Below the pieces are notes generated by a model, which saw nothing but the letters and a program-made list of their open reading frames with translations, did no database searches and was not told the DNA's origin. A stretch of 24,000 bases of DNA from Candidatus Bathyarchaeota archaeon (lineage in GTDB: Archaea > Thermoproteota > Bathyarchaeia > 40CM-2-53-6 > RBG-13-38-9): assembly GCA_026394315.1 (NCBI GenBank), contig JAPKYM010000212.1, positions 1-24,000 on the forward strand, given 5' to 3'. Position numbers and translations under genes: made by a program. Within the stretch, counting starts at the first letter, position 1. Every line of letters begins with the position of its first letter. Below, piece after piece: positions 15,970 to 24,000 of this stretch.

Positions 15970-17394
15970 TTAGAGCCCTCCTAATCTGACCTTTCTCAGC
16001 CTAATGTCTGGGCCGCCTGTCCAGACAGGTGCCCCCTGTTGGGGATCTCCTTTCCCACAAGTTGCGGCAGTAAAGGAAAGATCCCTGCCAACTGCATCAA
16101 CACTTTCGTAGAGGCGGGGCGTAGTTATCTCTAGAACCGGGTTCCGTACAAGATGCGCAAGTTTGCCTTTCTTAATCAAGTAAGCTTCTAAACCGACATA
16201 TCGTTGGCTGAATCTTCGATCGTCTATGTTCCACTCCATGAAACTCTTGATGTAGACTCCTTTTGGTATTGACTCCAACAGCTCTTCAAAACGGTGATCT
16301 CCTCTATCCATGTATGTGTTGGACATCCGGATTATCGGTTCTCGGCTATAGGAGATCGTCCTTGCCGCTCCATTGCTTTCGATACCAAGTTCCGCAGAAG
16401 TTTCTCTGTTGTGTAAGAAGGTATTCACTATTCCTCTTCTTATGAGTTCGCGACGTCTGACTTTGACCCCCTCATCATCATAGAGATTGTAACCATATGA
16501 TTGCGGGATTGTTGGGTCATCAACAACCGTGACCTGAGAGCTTCCGATTCTCTTTCCCAGCATCTCAGTGCTAACGAAGGATTCGCCAGCTGCGGCAGCT
16601 TCACGCCCAAGTATTCTATCAGCTTCGAATGGATGGCCGCATGATTCATGGGATACTATTCCAACGACTTCGCTTCCTAAAACTACATCCAGCACATTCT
16701 TAGGAGGCTTTCTTCCTTCGCTTAGGATTGAGGCGAGAATATCAGCTTCCTCTGATGCAAGTTCAATTAGATTCCAAGCTGAGACAGCTTCCCAACCTGA
16801 ACTCGCTCCTTTCTTATTGAACCGTTGAACGGTTCCTTTGCCTGGGCTGTATGCAGTTACGATATAGGAGAAGGCTATTCTTGGAATCTTCGAGGTTATG
16901 AATGTGCCCTCGCTGTTTAGAAATGTTTGTTCGTTGATTGTTTCGCTTAGGGTCAAAATCCTGGCAGGGAACTTGACCCCTCTTCTAGGTTTGAAACACT
17001 TGTCCGCCTCAAGAATAAGCTTAAGCCTATCCTCCATACCCACAGACGTCAATTTCTGTTTCTGTTGGACTTCCCATTTGTCTCTATTAGTTTTCACATT
17101 AGAAAGGACGGTGGGTTTCCTCAAGGTTTCTGCAGCAACACGTGCCATGGTCGCAGCCGTTAGTACGGTTTCTGTGACATTGCTTTTGCTGAGTTCATTT
17201 GTTGATGCGAATACTAATGAGCCATTGATTATCAACCTTATACCTATACCTAGTTCAGTGAGAAAGGCCGAGAATTGAGGTTCGCCGTTCTTTATGGAGG
17301 TTGAGCGGCTCACGAGCTTCTGTATCCTAGCTTCCGAATATGTTGAACCTAAGCTTCCAGCGTAGTCAACAACGAATCTCGCGATATCTTCCAA
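15970..17394 (-). CDS. tldD: TldD-family zinc metalloprotease
   Basis: 474-aa ORF with an apparent TTG start. It carries the HExxxH motif in VSHESCGHPFEADR, a conserved DDEG, and the C-terminal CGKGDPQQGAPV. Confidence 0.9.
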   Translation of the reverse strand: MEDIARFVVDYAGSLGSTYSEARIQKLVSRSTSIKNGEPQFSAFLTELGIGIRLIINGSLVFASTNELSKSNVTETVLTAATMARVAAETLRKPTVLSNVKTNRDKWEVQQKQKLTSVGMEDRLKLILEADKCFKPRRGVKFPARILTLSETINEQTFLNSEGTFITSKIPRIAFSYIVTAYSPGKGTVQRFNKKGASSGWEAVSAWNLIELASEEADILASILSEGRKPPKNVLDVVLGSEVVGIVSHESCGHPFEADRILGREAAAAGESFVSTEMLGKRIGSSQVTVVDDPTIPQSYGYNLYDDEGVKVRRRELIRRGIVNTFLHNRETSAELGIESNGAARTISYSREPIIRMSNTYMDRGDHRFEELLESIPKGVYIKSFMEWNIDDRRFSQRYVGLEAYLIKKGKLAHLVRNPVLEITTPRLYESVDAVGRDLSFTAATCGKGDPQQGAPVWTGGPDIRLRKVRLGGL

Positions 17395-17685
17395 CTTTAG
17401 CCGTAAAGGTAAGAGTTTGCGCCGAATTTAAGTCGGATGCAAATATTTCGCGGTCAGCTGGTGCTTCCAGTTTCAGTTTCTTAACAGAAAAGTGTCAAAT
17501 CTTATATGTGTAAATTCCCACCAATAACCAACAAATTTAAACAGACGTGTACTGTGTGACTTTCAAACGGCCGTCAAGCTAATATTCTGCGGTTACTCCC
17601 GATCACAGCCTATCTTCATGCCACTCTCCCAAGCGGCAAAGCACCTATTGACCGACGTTCGTCACAAGAAAGAGGAAGATGTCCT

Positions 17686-19224
17686 TTGACCAAGGATCTT
17701 AGAGAAGCGATAGTAGAGATCACGTTGGCTGGTTACCAGTTGGAAGCGGAAGCCTTCGAGCTATTGCGTATTCTCCAAAGTGAGGAGCATTTCGAATTCA
17801 TTATTAACGAATCGTTAGTTGAAGCAAATAGCCTCTCTCCGAAACCGATCGTGATTACCCGCGATCTGGTCGAGAAAGTGCTCAGCAAAATGGCAAAAGG
17901 GAAGGAAGTTGCAGGAGATCATGTTCACCTAAGGTCATCAGTACCGCTTGCTAAAGAGATCAGTAGTGATATTGAGATAATCAAAGACGGAAATGAAGAA
18001 GCTGATTCAAGCGGAACAATAGGTGATTTCAACCAATACTTTAGGGACAGGTATGAAAAACTCTCTATAATCTTGCATGAGAGATTAGATTTCAGGGATG
18101 CACATGATGTCACCACCGCTCTCGAAGCAAAGTACGGCGCAAAATTGAAGATGACTGCTATAGTCATGAACAAACGTGAAAGAATTGATCAAGTGTTCCT
18201 AGAGGTTGAGGATGTAGAAAGCACGGCGACAGTACTCATCACTTCTAGCAAAAGTAGAGAACTCTTCGAAATGGCACGGAGAATTCTTCCAGATCAAGTA
18301 ATCGGAATAGAGGCGGTCCGAGGCAAGGGTGACCTTTTCATAGCAGAACAGGTTATCCTGCCAGATGTCCCTGAAAAAAGGTCACCAAAAGCAGACTGCC
18401 CTGTCAATGCTATTCTGCTATCTGATATTCATGTAGGCAGCAAGACCTTTTGTTCTGATGCTTTCGAAAGACTAGTAATGTGGCTCAATGGCAAGATTGG
18501 AACACCGAAGCAAGTAGACGCTGCCTCAAGAACTAAATATGTGATAATAGCAGGAGACCTCGTAGATGGCATCGGTGTCTACCCACGTCAAGAAGAAGAT
18601 TTGATCATCACAAGCATTCATGAGCAATACAAGAAGGTCGCTCAGTATATCGAACAAATTCCTGATTATGTAGAGATCATAGTCATCCCAGGCAATCACG
18701 ATGCTGTAAGACAAGCGCTCCCCCAACCAGCAATCTCTAAGGAGTTCGCAGAATCAGTCTATGAAGTTAGGAATGTAAGGAGCCTAGGAAATCCCTCTGA
18801 GGTAAAGATACATGGAATACACTTCCTGCTATATCACGGAAGGAGCTTGGATGACGTAATAGCCAGAGTGCCTAACCTCAGTCTTCGAACTCCTGAGAAA
18901 GCAATGGAGTATCTACTGAAATGTAGACATTTAGCACCTGAGTATGGTGCAAGGACCTCGTTGGCACCTGAGTGCAAAGACAGACTCATTATCACCAAAG
19001 TCCCAGATGTCTTTCAAGCTGGCCACATCCATGTTGCAAGTAACTCATCTTATAGGGGCACTCTAATTGTGAACTGTGGCGCTTGGCAAGAACAAACTGA
19101 ATATCAAAGGAGAATGGGAATCGATCCTACACCAGGAGTTATGCCTATCCTGAACCTTCATACACTAGATCTGAATATGATGAATTTCATTTCCAGTGAA
19201 GTCGCTATCTCGCCAAACCCGTAG
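17686..19224 (+). CDS. dp1: DNA polymerase II (family D) small subunit DP1 (3'-5' exonuclease, calcineurin-like phosphoesterase fold)
   Basis: 512-aa ORF with an apparent TTG start. It has an N-terminal helical domain, an OB region, then the phosphoesterase motifs LLSDIHVGS, IIAGDLVDGIGVYP, IPGNHD, LYHGRS and GHIHV. Confidence 0.9.
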   Translation: MTKDLREAIVEITLAGYQLEAEAFELLRILQSEEHFEFIINESLVEANSLSPKPIVITRDLVEKVLSKMAKGKEVAGDHVHLRSSVPLAKEISSDIEIIKDGNEEADSSGTIGDFNQYFRDRYEKLSIILHERLDFRDAHDVTTALEAKYGAKLKMTAIVMNKRERIDQVFLEVEDVESTATVLITSSKSRELFEMARRILPDQVIGIEAVRGKGDLFIAEQVILPDVPEKRSPKADCPVNAILLSDIHVGSKTFCSDAFERLVMWLNGKIGTPKQVDAASRTKYVIIAGDLVDGIGVYPRQEEDLIITSIHEQYKKVAQYIEQIPDYVEIIVIPGNHDAVRQALPQPAISKEFAESVYEVRNVRSLGNPSEVKIHGIHFLLYHGRSLDDVIARVPNLSLRTPEKAMEYLLKCRHLAPEYGARTSLAPECKDRLIITKVPDVFQAGHIHVASNSSYRGTLIVNCGAWQEQTEYQRRMGIDPTPGVMPILNLHTLDLNMMNFISSEVAISPNP

Positions 19225-20458
19225 TTCTTCTCACAAAACGAGGCACATATCTGAACAACGGCTTGACCAAACCATCCTCAGACAACGCTTCAATGACAGA
19301 CCGTTCCCCAGCTCCCAGACGCACTTTCTTGGTCCTACCGTACCTCCCGAAGTTTACGACTCTAGCGTTCAGGATCCCCATTATGTCAAGCTCGCTAATT
19401 AGTCCACTAACCCTTCTCTGAGTTAACGGGTCGACCTTGACCTCTCTACACAGTTCTTGATAGACATTGTAGATGTCGCCTGTCACACCATCCTTAGATG
19501 AGTGGCTACCGAAGAGAAAGACGCTTAGGAGCACAAGCTTTGAGTGTAGAGGTAGGGATGTGAGGATCTCAGTTATTTGGTCATGTTCAACCTTCCGCTG
19601 TGCAGTTCTAACATGTTCCTCCGTCACTTCCTCGCAATCACTGCGCTCAGCCAATTCACCAGCAATACGCAGAAGGTCTAGTGCTCGACGTGCATCCCCA
19701 TGTTCGCCAGCCGCAAGTGCCGCACAAAGTCTTACAGCTGACTCTTTCAGACAGCCCTGATTAAATGCAATTCTAGATCGCGTCTGCAAAATATTGCAGA
19801 GTTCATCTGCTAGGTAGGGTTTGAATATGACCTCCTCCTCTCCAAGACAGCTCAGGATTCGTGGATCGAGAAAATCTTTGAAGTGAAGGTCATTGGATAC
19901 GCCTACAAGTCCCACCCAGCCTCCGTGAAGGCTTTCGTTTATTCTTGTTAGTTCATATAGAAGGCTATTTTCTGCGTTGCGTTTGCCTAGTGTATCGATC
20001 TCATCGAGTACTATTAGTAAGCAACATCCCGTCTTTTCGATACCGTCTCTGAACCTGTTAAATAGCTCACCGACGGCCAGTCCTGTGAATGGAACCTGTA
20101 CGCCCATTGAGCGGCAAATCTCAGCAAGAACTCTGTAGTTAGTTCCAGAGAGTCTACAGTTGACATACGACAGCCTGAGTTTTGTTCCCAACTCATTCGC
20201 TTTTCTTCCTAGACTGTCGAGTACGTGTTTCACAACAGCGGTTTTGCCAGTGCCTGTCTTCCCGTATATGAAAATGTTGGAGATCTTAGATAGGGTTAGA
20301 GCTGGAGCCAGCATCTTCCCCAGTCTAGTGATCTCGTATTGCCGGTGAGGTAGATCTTTGGGAATGTAGTCATGTCTGAGAACTTCTCGATTTGAGAATA
20401 TTCTACTACCCGATAGGAATTTCTCGAATATTCCTTCGAGAGCCTCAGAGCTAGGCAA
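19205..20458 (-). CDS. cdc6: Orc1/Cdc6 replication initiator (AAA+ domain plus winged helix)
   Basis: 417-aa ORF with an apparent TTG start. Motifs: L.HDYIPKDLPHRQYEI, Walker A GKTGTGKTAV, Walker B LLIVLDEID, sensor GDARRALDLLR, and a C-terminal winged-helix region. It overlaps dp1 by 20 nt in convergent orientation. Confidence 0.92.
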   Translation of the reverse strand: MPSSEALEGIFEKFLSGSRIFSNREVLRHDYIPKDLPHRQYEITRLGKMLAPALTLSKISNIFIYGKTGTGKTAVVKHVLDSLGRKANELGTKLRLSYVNCRLSGTNYRVLAEICRSMGVQVPFTGLAVGELFNRFRDGIEKTGCCLLIVLDEIDTLGKRNAENSLLYELTRINESLHGGWVGLVGVSNDLHFKDFLDPRILSCLGEEEVIFKPYLADELCNILQTRSRIAFNQGCLKESAVRLCAALAAGEHGDARRALDLLRIAGELAERSDCEEVTEEHVRTAQRKVEHDQITEILTSLPLHSKLVLLSVFLFGSHSSKDGVTGDIYNVYQELCREVKVDPLTQRRVSGLISELDIMGILNARVVNFGRYGRTKKVRLGAGERSVIEALSEDGLVKPLFRYVPRFVRRTTGLAR

Positions 20459-20540
20459 AACCTTTCCACCGATGCGACAATTGCTTCGAAACTGCCCTGT
20501 ATTGATATTAAGAATTTCTGTACATCAAACCCGATAAAGA

Positions 20541-20552
20541 ACAGTGGAAAAG
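20541..20552 (+). promoter_or_regulatory. Mini-ORB-like site in the orc1/cdc6 upstream region
   Basis: acagtggaaaag: the 10-mer cagtggaaaa (20542-20551) is identical to the core of ORB-like element b. It lies about 85-95 nt upstream of the cdc6 start, next to the inverted repeat atgact-N9-agtcat (20556-20576). Confidence 0.3.
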
Positions 20553-20671
20553 TGAATGACTATCAAAGAAAGTCATCCTTGATCGCTCTGAAGAGAACTG
20601 ATTAAATATTACTCGCCTATTTAGCCTACGCCAGATTTGGACGATTCATTATTACCAGGTGTTATTCGTTG

Positions 20672-23305
20672 ATGACCTTTGACTTCGAGAAGGGAGATGG
20701 TAAAAACAAGAAACTGCTAGGAGGAAAGGGCGCTGGACTCTGTGAGATGACTAGAATTGGATTGCCGGTTCCTCCTGGATTTGTTATCTCGACTGAGGTA
20801 TGCCTCGAATACTACAAGGAGGGTGAAAAAGTCCCGAAGGGTCTGATGGACGAAGTAAGGGACCACATAAGAACAATAGAAAAGAAGACGGGAAAGAAAT
20901 TCGGAGATACCCAGAACCCATTACTCGTATCTGTCAGATCTGGAGCCGCCCTCTCAATGCCGGGAATGATGGATACAATTCTAAACCTCGGACTTAATGA
21001 TGAAACTGTAGTCGGGCTCGCAAAGCAGACTGGGGACGAAAGATTCATCTACGATTGTTACAGGCGTTTCATACAGCTATTCTCAAAAATCGCCATGCAG
21101 GCAGATGCAGAGAAATTCGACAAGAAAATTGAAATGCTAAGGGACCGTTCTGGGGCAAAGTTTGACACAGATCTCACAACAGAGACTCTGAAAAAGATCG
21201 TGAAAGAGTACAAGGGATTATGCAAGGATGAGACTGGTAAGGAATTACCTAAGGATCCCTATATGCAATTAGGGATGGCTATAGAAGCTGTCTTTCGCTC
21301 TTGGATGGGAAGAAGAGCAGTTGACTATCGTAAATTCAATAAGATAACTTCTGACATGGCCAATGGAACGGCTGTCAACATCCAGACTATGGTATTCGGA
21401 AACAGAGGTGCAGATTCAGCTACAGGTGTAGCCTTCACAAGGGATCCGGGCACAGGCGAGAACATCTTCTACGGCGAATACCTGACAAACGCTCAGGGAG
21501 AGGATGTAGTCGCAGGCATCAGAACACCGAAACCAATAGTAGAAATGAGGGAGGAACTACCGAAAAGCTATGAAGAGCTATGCAAAGTCCGAGAGATCCT
21601 AGAGAAACACTATAAAGAGATCCAAGACTTTGAATTCACAATCGAGAAGGGCAAGCTCTACCTCCTTCAAACAAGAAACGGAAAAATGAACGCCATCGCA
21701 ACCATCAAAACCTCCGTTGACATGTTCAATGAGAAGTTACTCAGAAAGGACGAGGCCCTTCTGAGAATTAGACCAGACCAAATTGAACAGCTTCTCCATA
21801 GAGCCATCGATCCAAGAATCACAGCAAAGCCTGTTGCGACAGGCCTCGCCGCCTCACCGGGAGCAGCCTCAGGCCAAGTCGTGTTTGACGCTGATACTGC
21901 AGCTGAACTAGGCTCGAAGGGAGAGAAGGTCATTATGGTCAGAGAAGAGACAAAACCCGAGGATATACATGGATTCTTCGCTGCTCAAGGAGTACTAACC
22001 TCGAGAGGTGGAAAGACCTCACATGCCGCGGTAGTTGCAAGAGGAATGGGAAAACCGTGTGTATCTGGATGCGAGCAGATAAAGATAGACAGCCACCTCA
22101 GACTATTTACAATTGGGGAAAAGTCCATCAAAGAGGCTGAAATCATAACTATTGATGGAAGCACTGGGTCAGTGTATGTAGGTGACATCCCTACAGTTGA
22201 GCCTGAGCTGCCAAAAGAACTCGAGCAGATACTCCAGTGGGCTGATGAGAAAAGGAAGCTCGGTGTGAGAGCTAATGCTGACACTCCAGAAGACGCTAGA
22301 AAAGCTCGCAAATTTGGCGCAGAAGGAATTGGTCTTTGTAGGACAGAAAGGATGTTCAATGCTGTAGATAGACTTCCAATAGTTCAGAAAATGATTCTGG
22401 CAGAGAGTGAAGATGAGAGAGCTGAATGTCTCTCAAAGTTGCTGCCTATTCAGAAAAACGATTTTGTAGAAATATTCAAAGCAATGAACGGATTGCCAGT
22501 GACAGTACGCCTTCTTGATCCACCCCTACATGAATTCCTCCCGTCTATGGAGGGACTACTCCGCGAGATAACTGACATGAAAGCAAAGAACCTCGACACT
22601 AAACAGAAAGAAGAGATCTTCAGGAAAGTCAAGGGTTTGGCAGAGGTCAACCCGATGATGGGTCACAGAGGAGTAAGACTTGGAATAACAAACCCAGAAA
22701 TATATGAGATGCAAATTCGAGCAATAATTGAAGCCGCAGCTGACCTCATCAAACAAGGCTATGATGTTAAGCCAGAGATTATGATCCCCCAGGTTTCAAT
22801 GGCATCAGAATTAAACAGTGTCAAGCAAAATCTTGAGAGAATTAGCCAAGAAATCATGAAGAATAGTGGAGTACATGTAAAATACAGTTTTGGAACTATG
22901 ATGGAAGTTGTCCGGAGCTGCTTGACAGCGAGCAAAATAGCTGAGTATGTAGAATTCTTCTCCTTTGGAACCAATGATCTGACCCAAGGAACCTTCTCTT
23001 TCTCGAGAGAAGACGCTGAGAATAAGTTTTTGCCAAGATATCTTGACCAGGGAATACTTGCATTCAACCCATTTGAGACACTAGACAAAGAAGGAGTTGG
23101 AAGATTGATGAGAATTGATATAGAAGATGGAAGGAGAAAGCAAACAAATCTGAAGGTGGGTATTTGTGGGGAACATGGAGGAGATCCTGAATCAGTACGC
23201 TTCTGTAGTACGCTAGGGCTCAACTACGTCTCATGTTCAGTGTATAGAGTTGTTATTGCAAGATTAGCTGCTGGGCAAGAAGTAGTTAAGGCTCATGATC
23301 TATAG
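20672..23305 (+). CDS. ppdK: Pyruvate, phosphate dikinase
   Basis: About 877 aa from ATG 20672 (the track starts one codon earlier at a TTG). Motifs: LLGGKGAGLCEMTRIGLPVPPGF, the phosphohistidine domain TSRGGKTSHAAVVARGMGKPCV, and the PEP-utilising domain GLCRTERMF, FFSFGTNDLTQ and CGEHGGDP. Confidence 0.95.
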   Translation: MTFDFEKGDGKNKKLLGGKGAGLCEMTRIGLPVPPGFVISTEVCLEYYKEGEKVPKGLMDEVRDHIRTIEKKTGKKFGDTQNPLLVSVRSGAALSMPGMMDTILNLGLNDETVVGLAKQTGDERFIYDCYRRFIQLFSKIAMQADAEKFDKKIEMLRDRSGAKFDTDLTTETLKKIVKEYKGLCKDETGKELPKDPYMQLGMAIEAVFRSWMGRRAVDYRKFNKITSDMANGTAVNIQTMVFGNRGADSATGVAFTRDPGTGENIFYGEYLTNAQGEDVVAGIRTPKPIVEMREELPKSYEELCKVREILEKHYKEIQDFEFTIEKGKLYLLQTRNGKMNAIATIKTSVDMFNEKLLRKDEALLRIRPDQIEQLLHRAIDPRITAKPVATGLAASPGAASGQVVFDADTAAELGSKGEKVIMVREETKPEDIHGFFAAQGVLTSRGGKTSHAAVVARGMGKPCVSGCEQIKIDSHLRLFTIGEKSIKEAEIITIDGSTGSVYVGDIPTVEPELPKELEQILQWADEKRKLGVRANADTPEDARKARKFGAEGIGLCRTERMFNAVDRLPIVQKMILAESEDERAECLSKLLPIQKNDFVEIFKAMNGLPVTVRLLDPPLHEFLPSMEGLLREITDMKAKNLDTKQKEEIFRKVKGLAEVNPMMGHRGVRLGITNPEIYEMQIRAIIEAAADLIKQGYDVKPEIMIPQVSMASELNSVKQNLERISQEIMKNSGVHVKYSFGTMMEVVRSCLTASKIAEYVEFFSFGTNDLTQGTFSFSREDAENKFLPRYLDQGILAFNPFETLDKEGVGRLMRIDIEDGRRKQTNLKVGICGEHGGDPESVRFCSTLGLNYVSCSVYRVVIARLAAGQEVVKAHDL

Positions 23306-23310
23306 AGGGA

Positions 23311-23336
23311 CACATACACCTCTATTTCCTCTGGAG
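23311..23336 (-). repeat. ORB-like element a (consensus on the minus strand: ctccagaggaaatagaggtgtatgtg)
   Basis: It is the reverse complement of element b at 23 of 26 positions. Its TCCAG end faces the AT-rich centre. Confidence 0.6.
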
Positions 23337-23488
23337 AATAAAACTCTTTTTAGGTTTTGATATTGATTTTAATATAAAACTCTTTGAATGGTAATTTGTG
23401 ATTGTTCTTTAACTATTTTCTAATCTATTTTTTTTAACTGAACAATCCAAACAATTGATCGGTGAGCATACACAACCATGCAAAATAA

Positions 23489-23514
23489 CTCCAGTGGAAA
23501 AATAGGTGTATGTG
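23489..23514 (+). repeat. ORB-like element b (ctccagtggaaaaataggtgtatgtg)
   Basis: It contains TCCAGTGGAAA, the core I recall for archaeal ORB/mini-ORB Orc1-binding sites. It is the inverted partner of element a across about 150 bp of AT-rich DNA. Confidence 0.6.
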
Positions 23515-23608
23515 TCTGTGAACTTCTGTGAATAAATATTGATTAGGGGCAAGAAACTCGAGGAAATGCATTAATTAGCCATTTTATGTTCACTTTCTGT
23601 GAAGGTCT

Positions 23609-23634
23609 AAATAACCCCTTCATTTCCTCTGCAA
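23609..23634 (-). repeat. Mini-ORB-like element c (shares the 10-bp core atttcctctg with element a)
   Basis: The core at 23622-23631 is identical to 23324-23333. The flanks are only partly conserved, giving about 17 of 26 matches overall. Confidence 0.4.
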
Positions 23635-23722
23635 GCGTACATTCTTCCTATGCAAGCAATTAATAGCATTCACAAACTGATGAAAAATAGGCGAAATAAA
23701 TAAAAGCGTTCACAAGTATTAG

Positions 23723-23736
23723 ATTCACATGTGAAT
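23723..23736. promoter_or_regulatory. Perfect 14-bp palindrome ATTCACATGTGAAT overlapping the start codon of the downstream ORF (candidate operator)
   Basis: Read directly from the sequence. It is the terminal member of an array of seven TGTGAA/TTCACA hexamers between 23517 and 23735. An A/T-rich TATA-like stretch (aaataaataaaa, about 23694-23705) lies about 30-40 nt upstream. Confidence 0.35.
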
Positions 23737-24000
23737 GGCCAACAACGGTGCTTTAGTTTTGCCAGCCCACCGTGTTAAGATTGAGTTCTACGACAAGGAA
23801 GGAGTAAAACATGTAATGGCCATTGAGGGAAATGTCACACGGGAAAAAGTTGGAAAGATTTTGGATTATATTGAACTGATGGGTGGAGTGGCCGCAAATC
23901 TATCCCCAGACAAGCCTATCAGCAGAATTCAACACACTCGGTTCGAGAAGACTCTTTCCTTAGTGCTCTCCAACTTTACTGATAAGACCTTCTTGTCCAA
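23735..24000 (+). CDS. Hypothetical protein, partial (runs off the right edge)
   Basis: Manual translation from ATG 23735: MANNGALVLPAHRVKIEFYDKEGVKHVMAIEGNVTREKVGKILDYIELMGGVAANLSPDKPISRIQHTRFEKTLSLVLSNFTDKTFLS. The frame is open to the window end, which is why the ORF track lacks it. Composition is protein-like, but I recognised no family. Confidence 0.5.
   Translation, partial: MANNGALVLPAHRVKIEFYDKEGVKHVMAIEGNVTREKVGKILDYIELMGGVAANLSPDKPISRIQHTRFEKTLSLVLSNFTDKTFLS

Larger units (their letters stand above)
23306..23734. other. Predicted chromosomal replication origin (oriC): inverted ORB-like repeats flanking an AT-rich duplex-unwinding element
   Basis: This is the largest non-coding stretch in the window and is visibly AT-rich. 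It holds 26-bp inverted repeats at 23311-23336 and 23489-23514 (23 of 26 positions identical) with the core CTCCAGTGGAAA. A third 10-bp core copy sits at 23622-23631. Between the repeats lie a T8 run (23428-23435) and a 12-bp direct repeat. The orc1/cdc6 and dp1 genes lie within 3-6 kb. Confidence 0.6.

Noticed and set aside
17395-17685. 291-bp divergent intergenic region between tldD and dp1, considered as the origin because it adjoins a replication gene
   Set aside because: I could find no TCCAGTGGAAA-like element or long inverted repeat there. AT-richness is moderate. It is probably just two divergent promoters.
19205-19224. 20-nt convergent overlap of dp1 and cdc6, the same length as the overlaps between helicase fragments
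   Set aside because: The equal lengths are coincidental. This overlap joins two intact convergent genes and needs no special explanation.
20812-23223. Several minus-strand ORFs (78-154 aa) inside ppdK
   Set aside because: All are antisense shadows of a confidently identified 877-aa gene. Their sequences are low-complexity (S/P/L-rich).
1-24000. Search for CRISPR repeats, transposase/integrase genes, terminal inverted repeats, toxin-antitoxin pairs or known defence-system signatures
   Set aside because: None were seen. All sizeable ORFs are accounted for by housekeeping families, and no regularly spaced direct repeats occur. I cannot support the presence of a mobile or defence island in this window.

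Overview
Housekeeping region of an archaeal chromosome. The archaeal origin is inferred from gene content: family-D DNA polymerase small subunit, Orc1/Cdc6, deoxyhypusine synthase, a multi-OB RPA-like protein and an intron-containing tRNA. The single-domain parvulin and the RPA N-terminus remind me of Nitrososphaerota/Thaumarchaeota-type genomes, but that is only an impression. About 90% of the window is coding. I found no CRISPR array, transposase, integrase, toxin-antitoxin pair or recognisable defence cassette. Gene order, left to right: a partial HprK-like/PEPCK-like ORF running off the left edge (absent from the ORF track), nfo, ridA, a frameshifted parvulin, two small unknown ORFs, deoxyhypusine synthase, nth, an RPA-like SSB, an HDAC-family deacetylase, a heavily decayed Lhr-type helicase, USP, a UlaG-like MBL hydrolase, a YbaK/ProX-like deacylase, tRNA-Ser(CGA) with two apparent introns, pmbA-tldD, PolD small subunit, orc1/cdc6 and ppdK. 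These are followed by a 429-bp AT-rich non-coding region and a partial unknown ORF at the right edge. Main points for a second look: (1) the 23306-23734 region looks like a replication origin, with inverted 26-bp ORB-like repeats around an AT-rich unwinding element; (2) next to it, a dense TGTGAA/TTCACA array ends in a perfect 14-bp palindrome; (3) the left-edge ORF fuses an HprK-like P-loop domain to an ATP-PEPCK-like domain; (4) the tRNA appears to carry two introns; (5) gene decay is localised, with six lesions in the helicase and one in the parvulin, while an A9 run in the RPA gene is intact. Nothing here can be claimed as a new system from sequence alone. All functional calls rest on remembered family motifs, not on searches.
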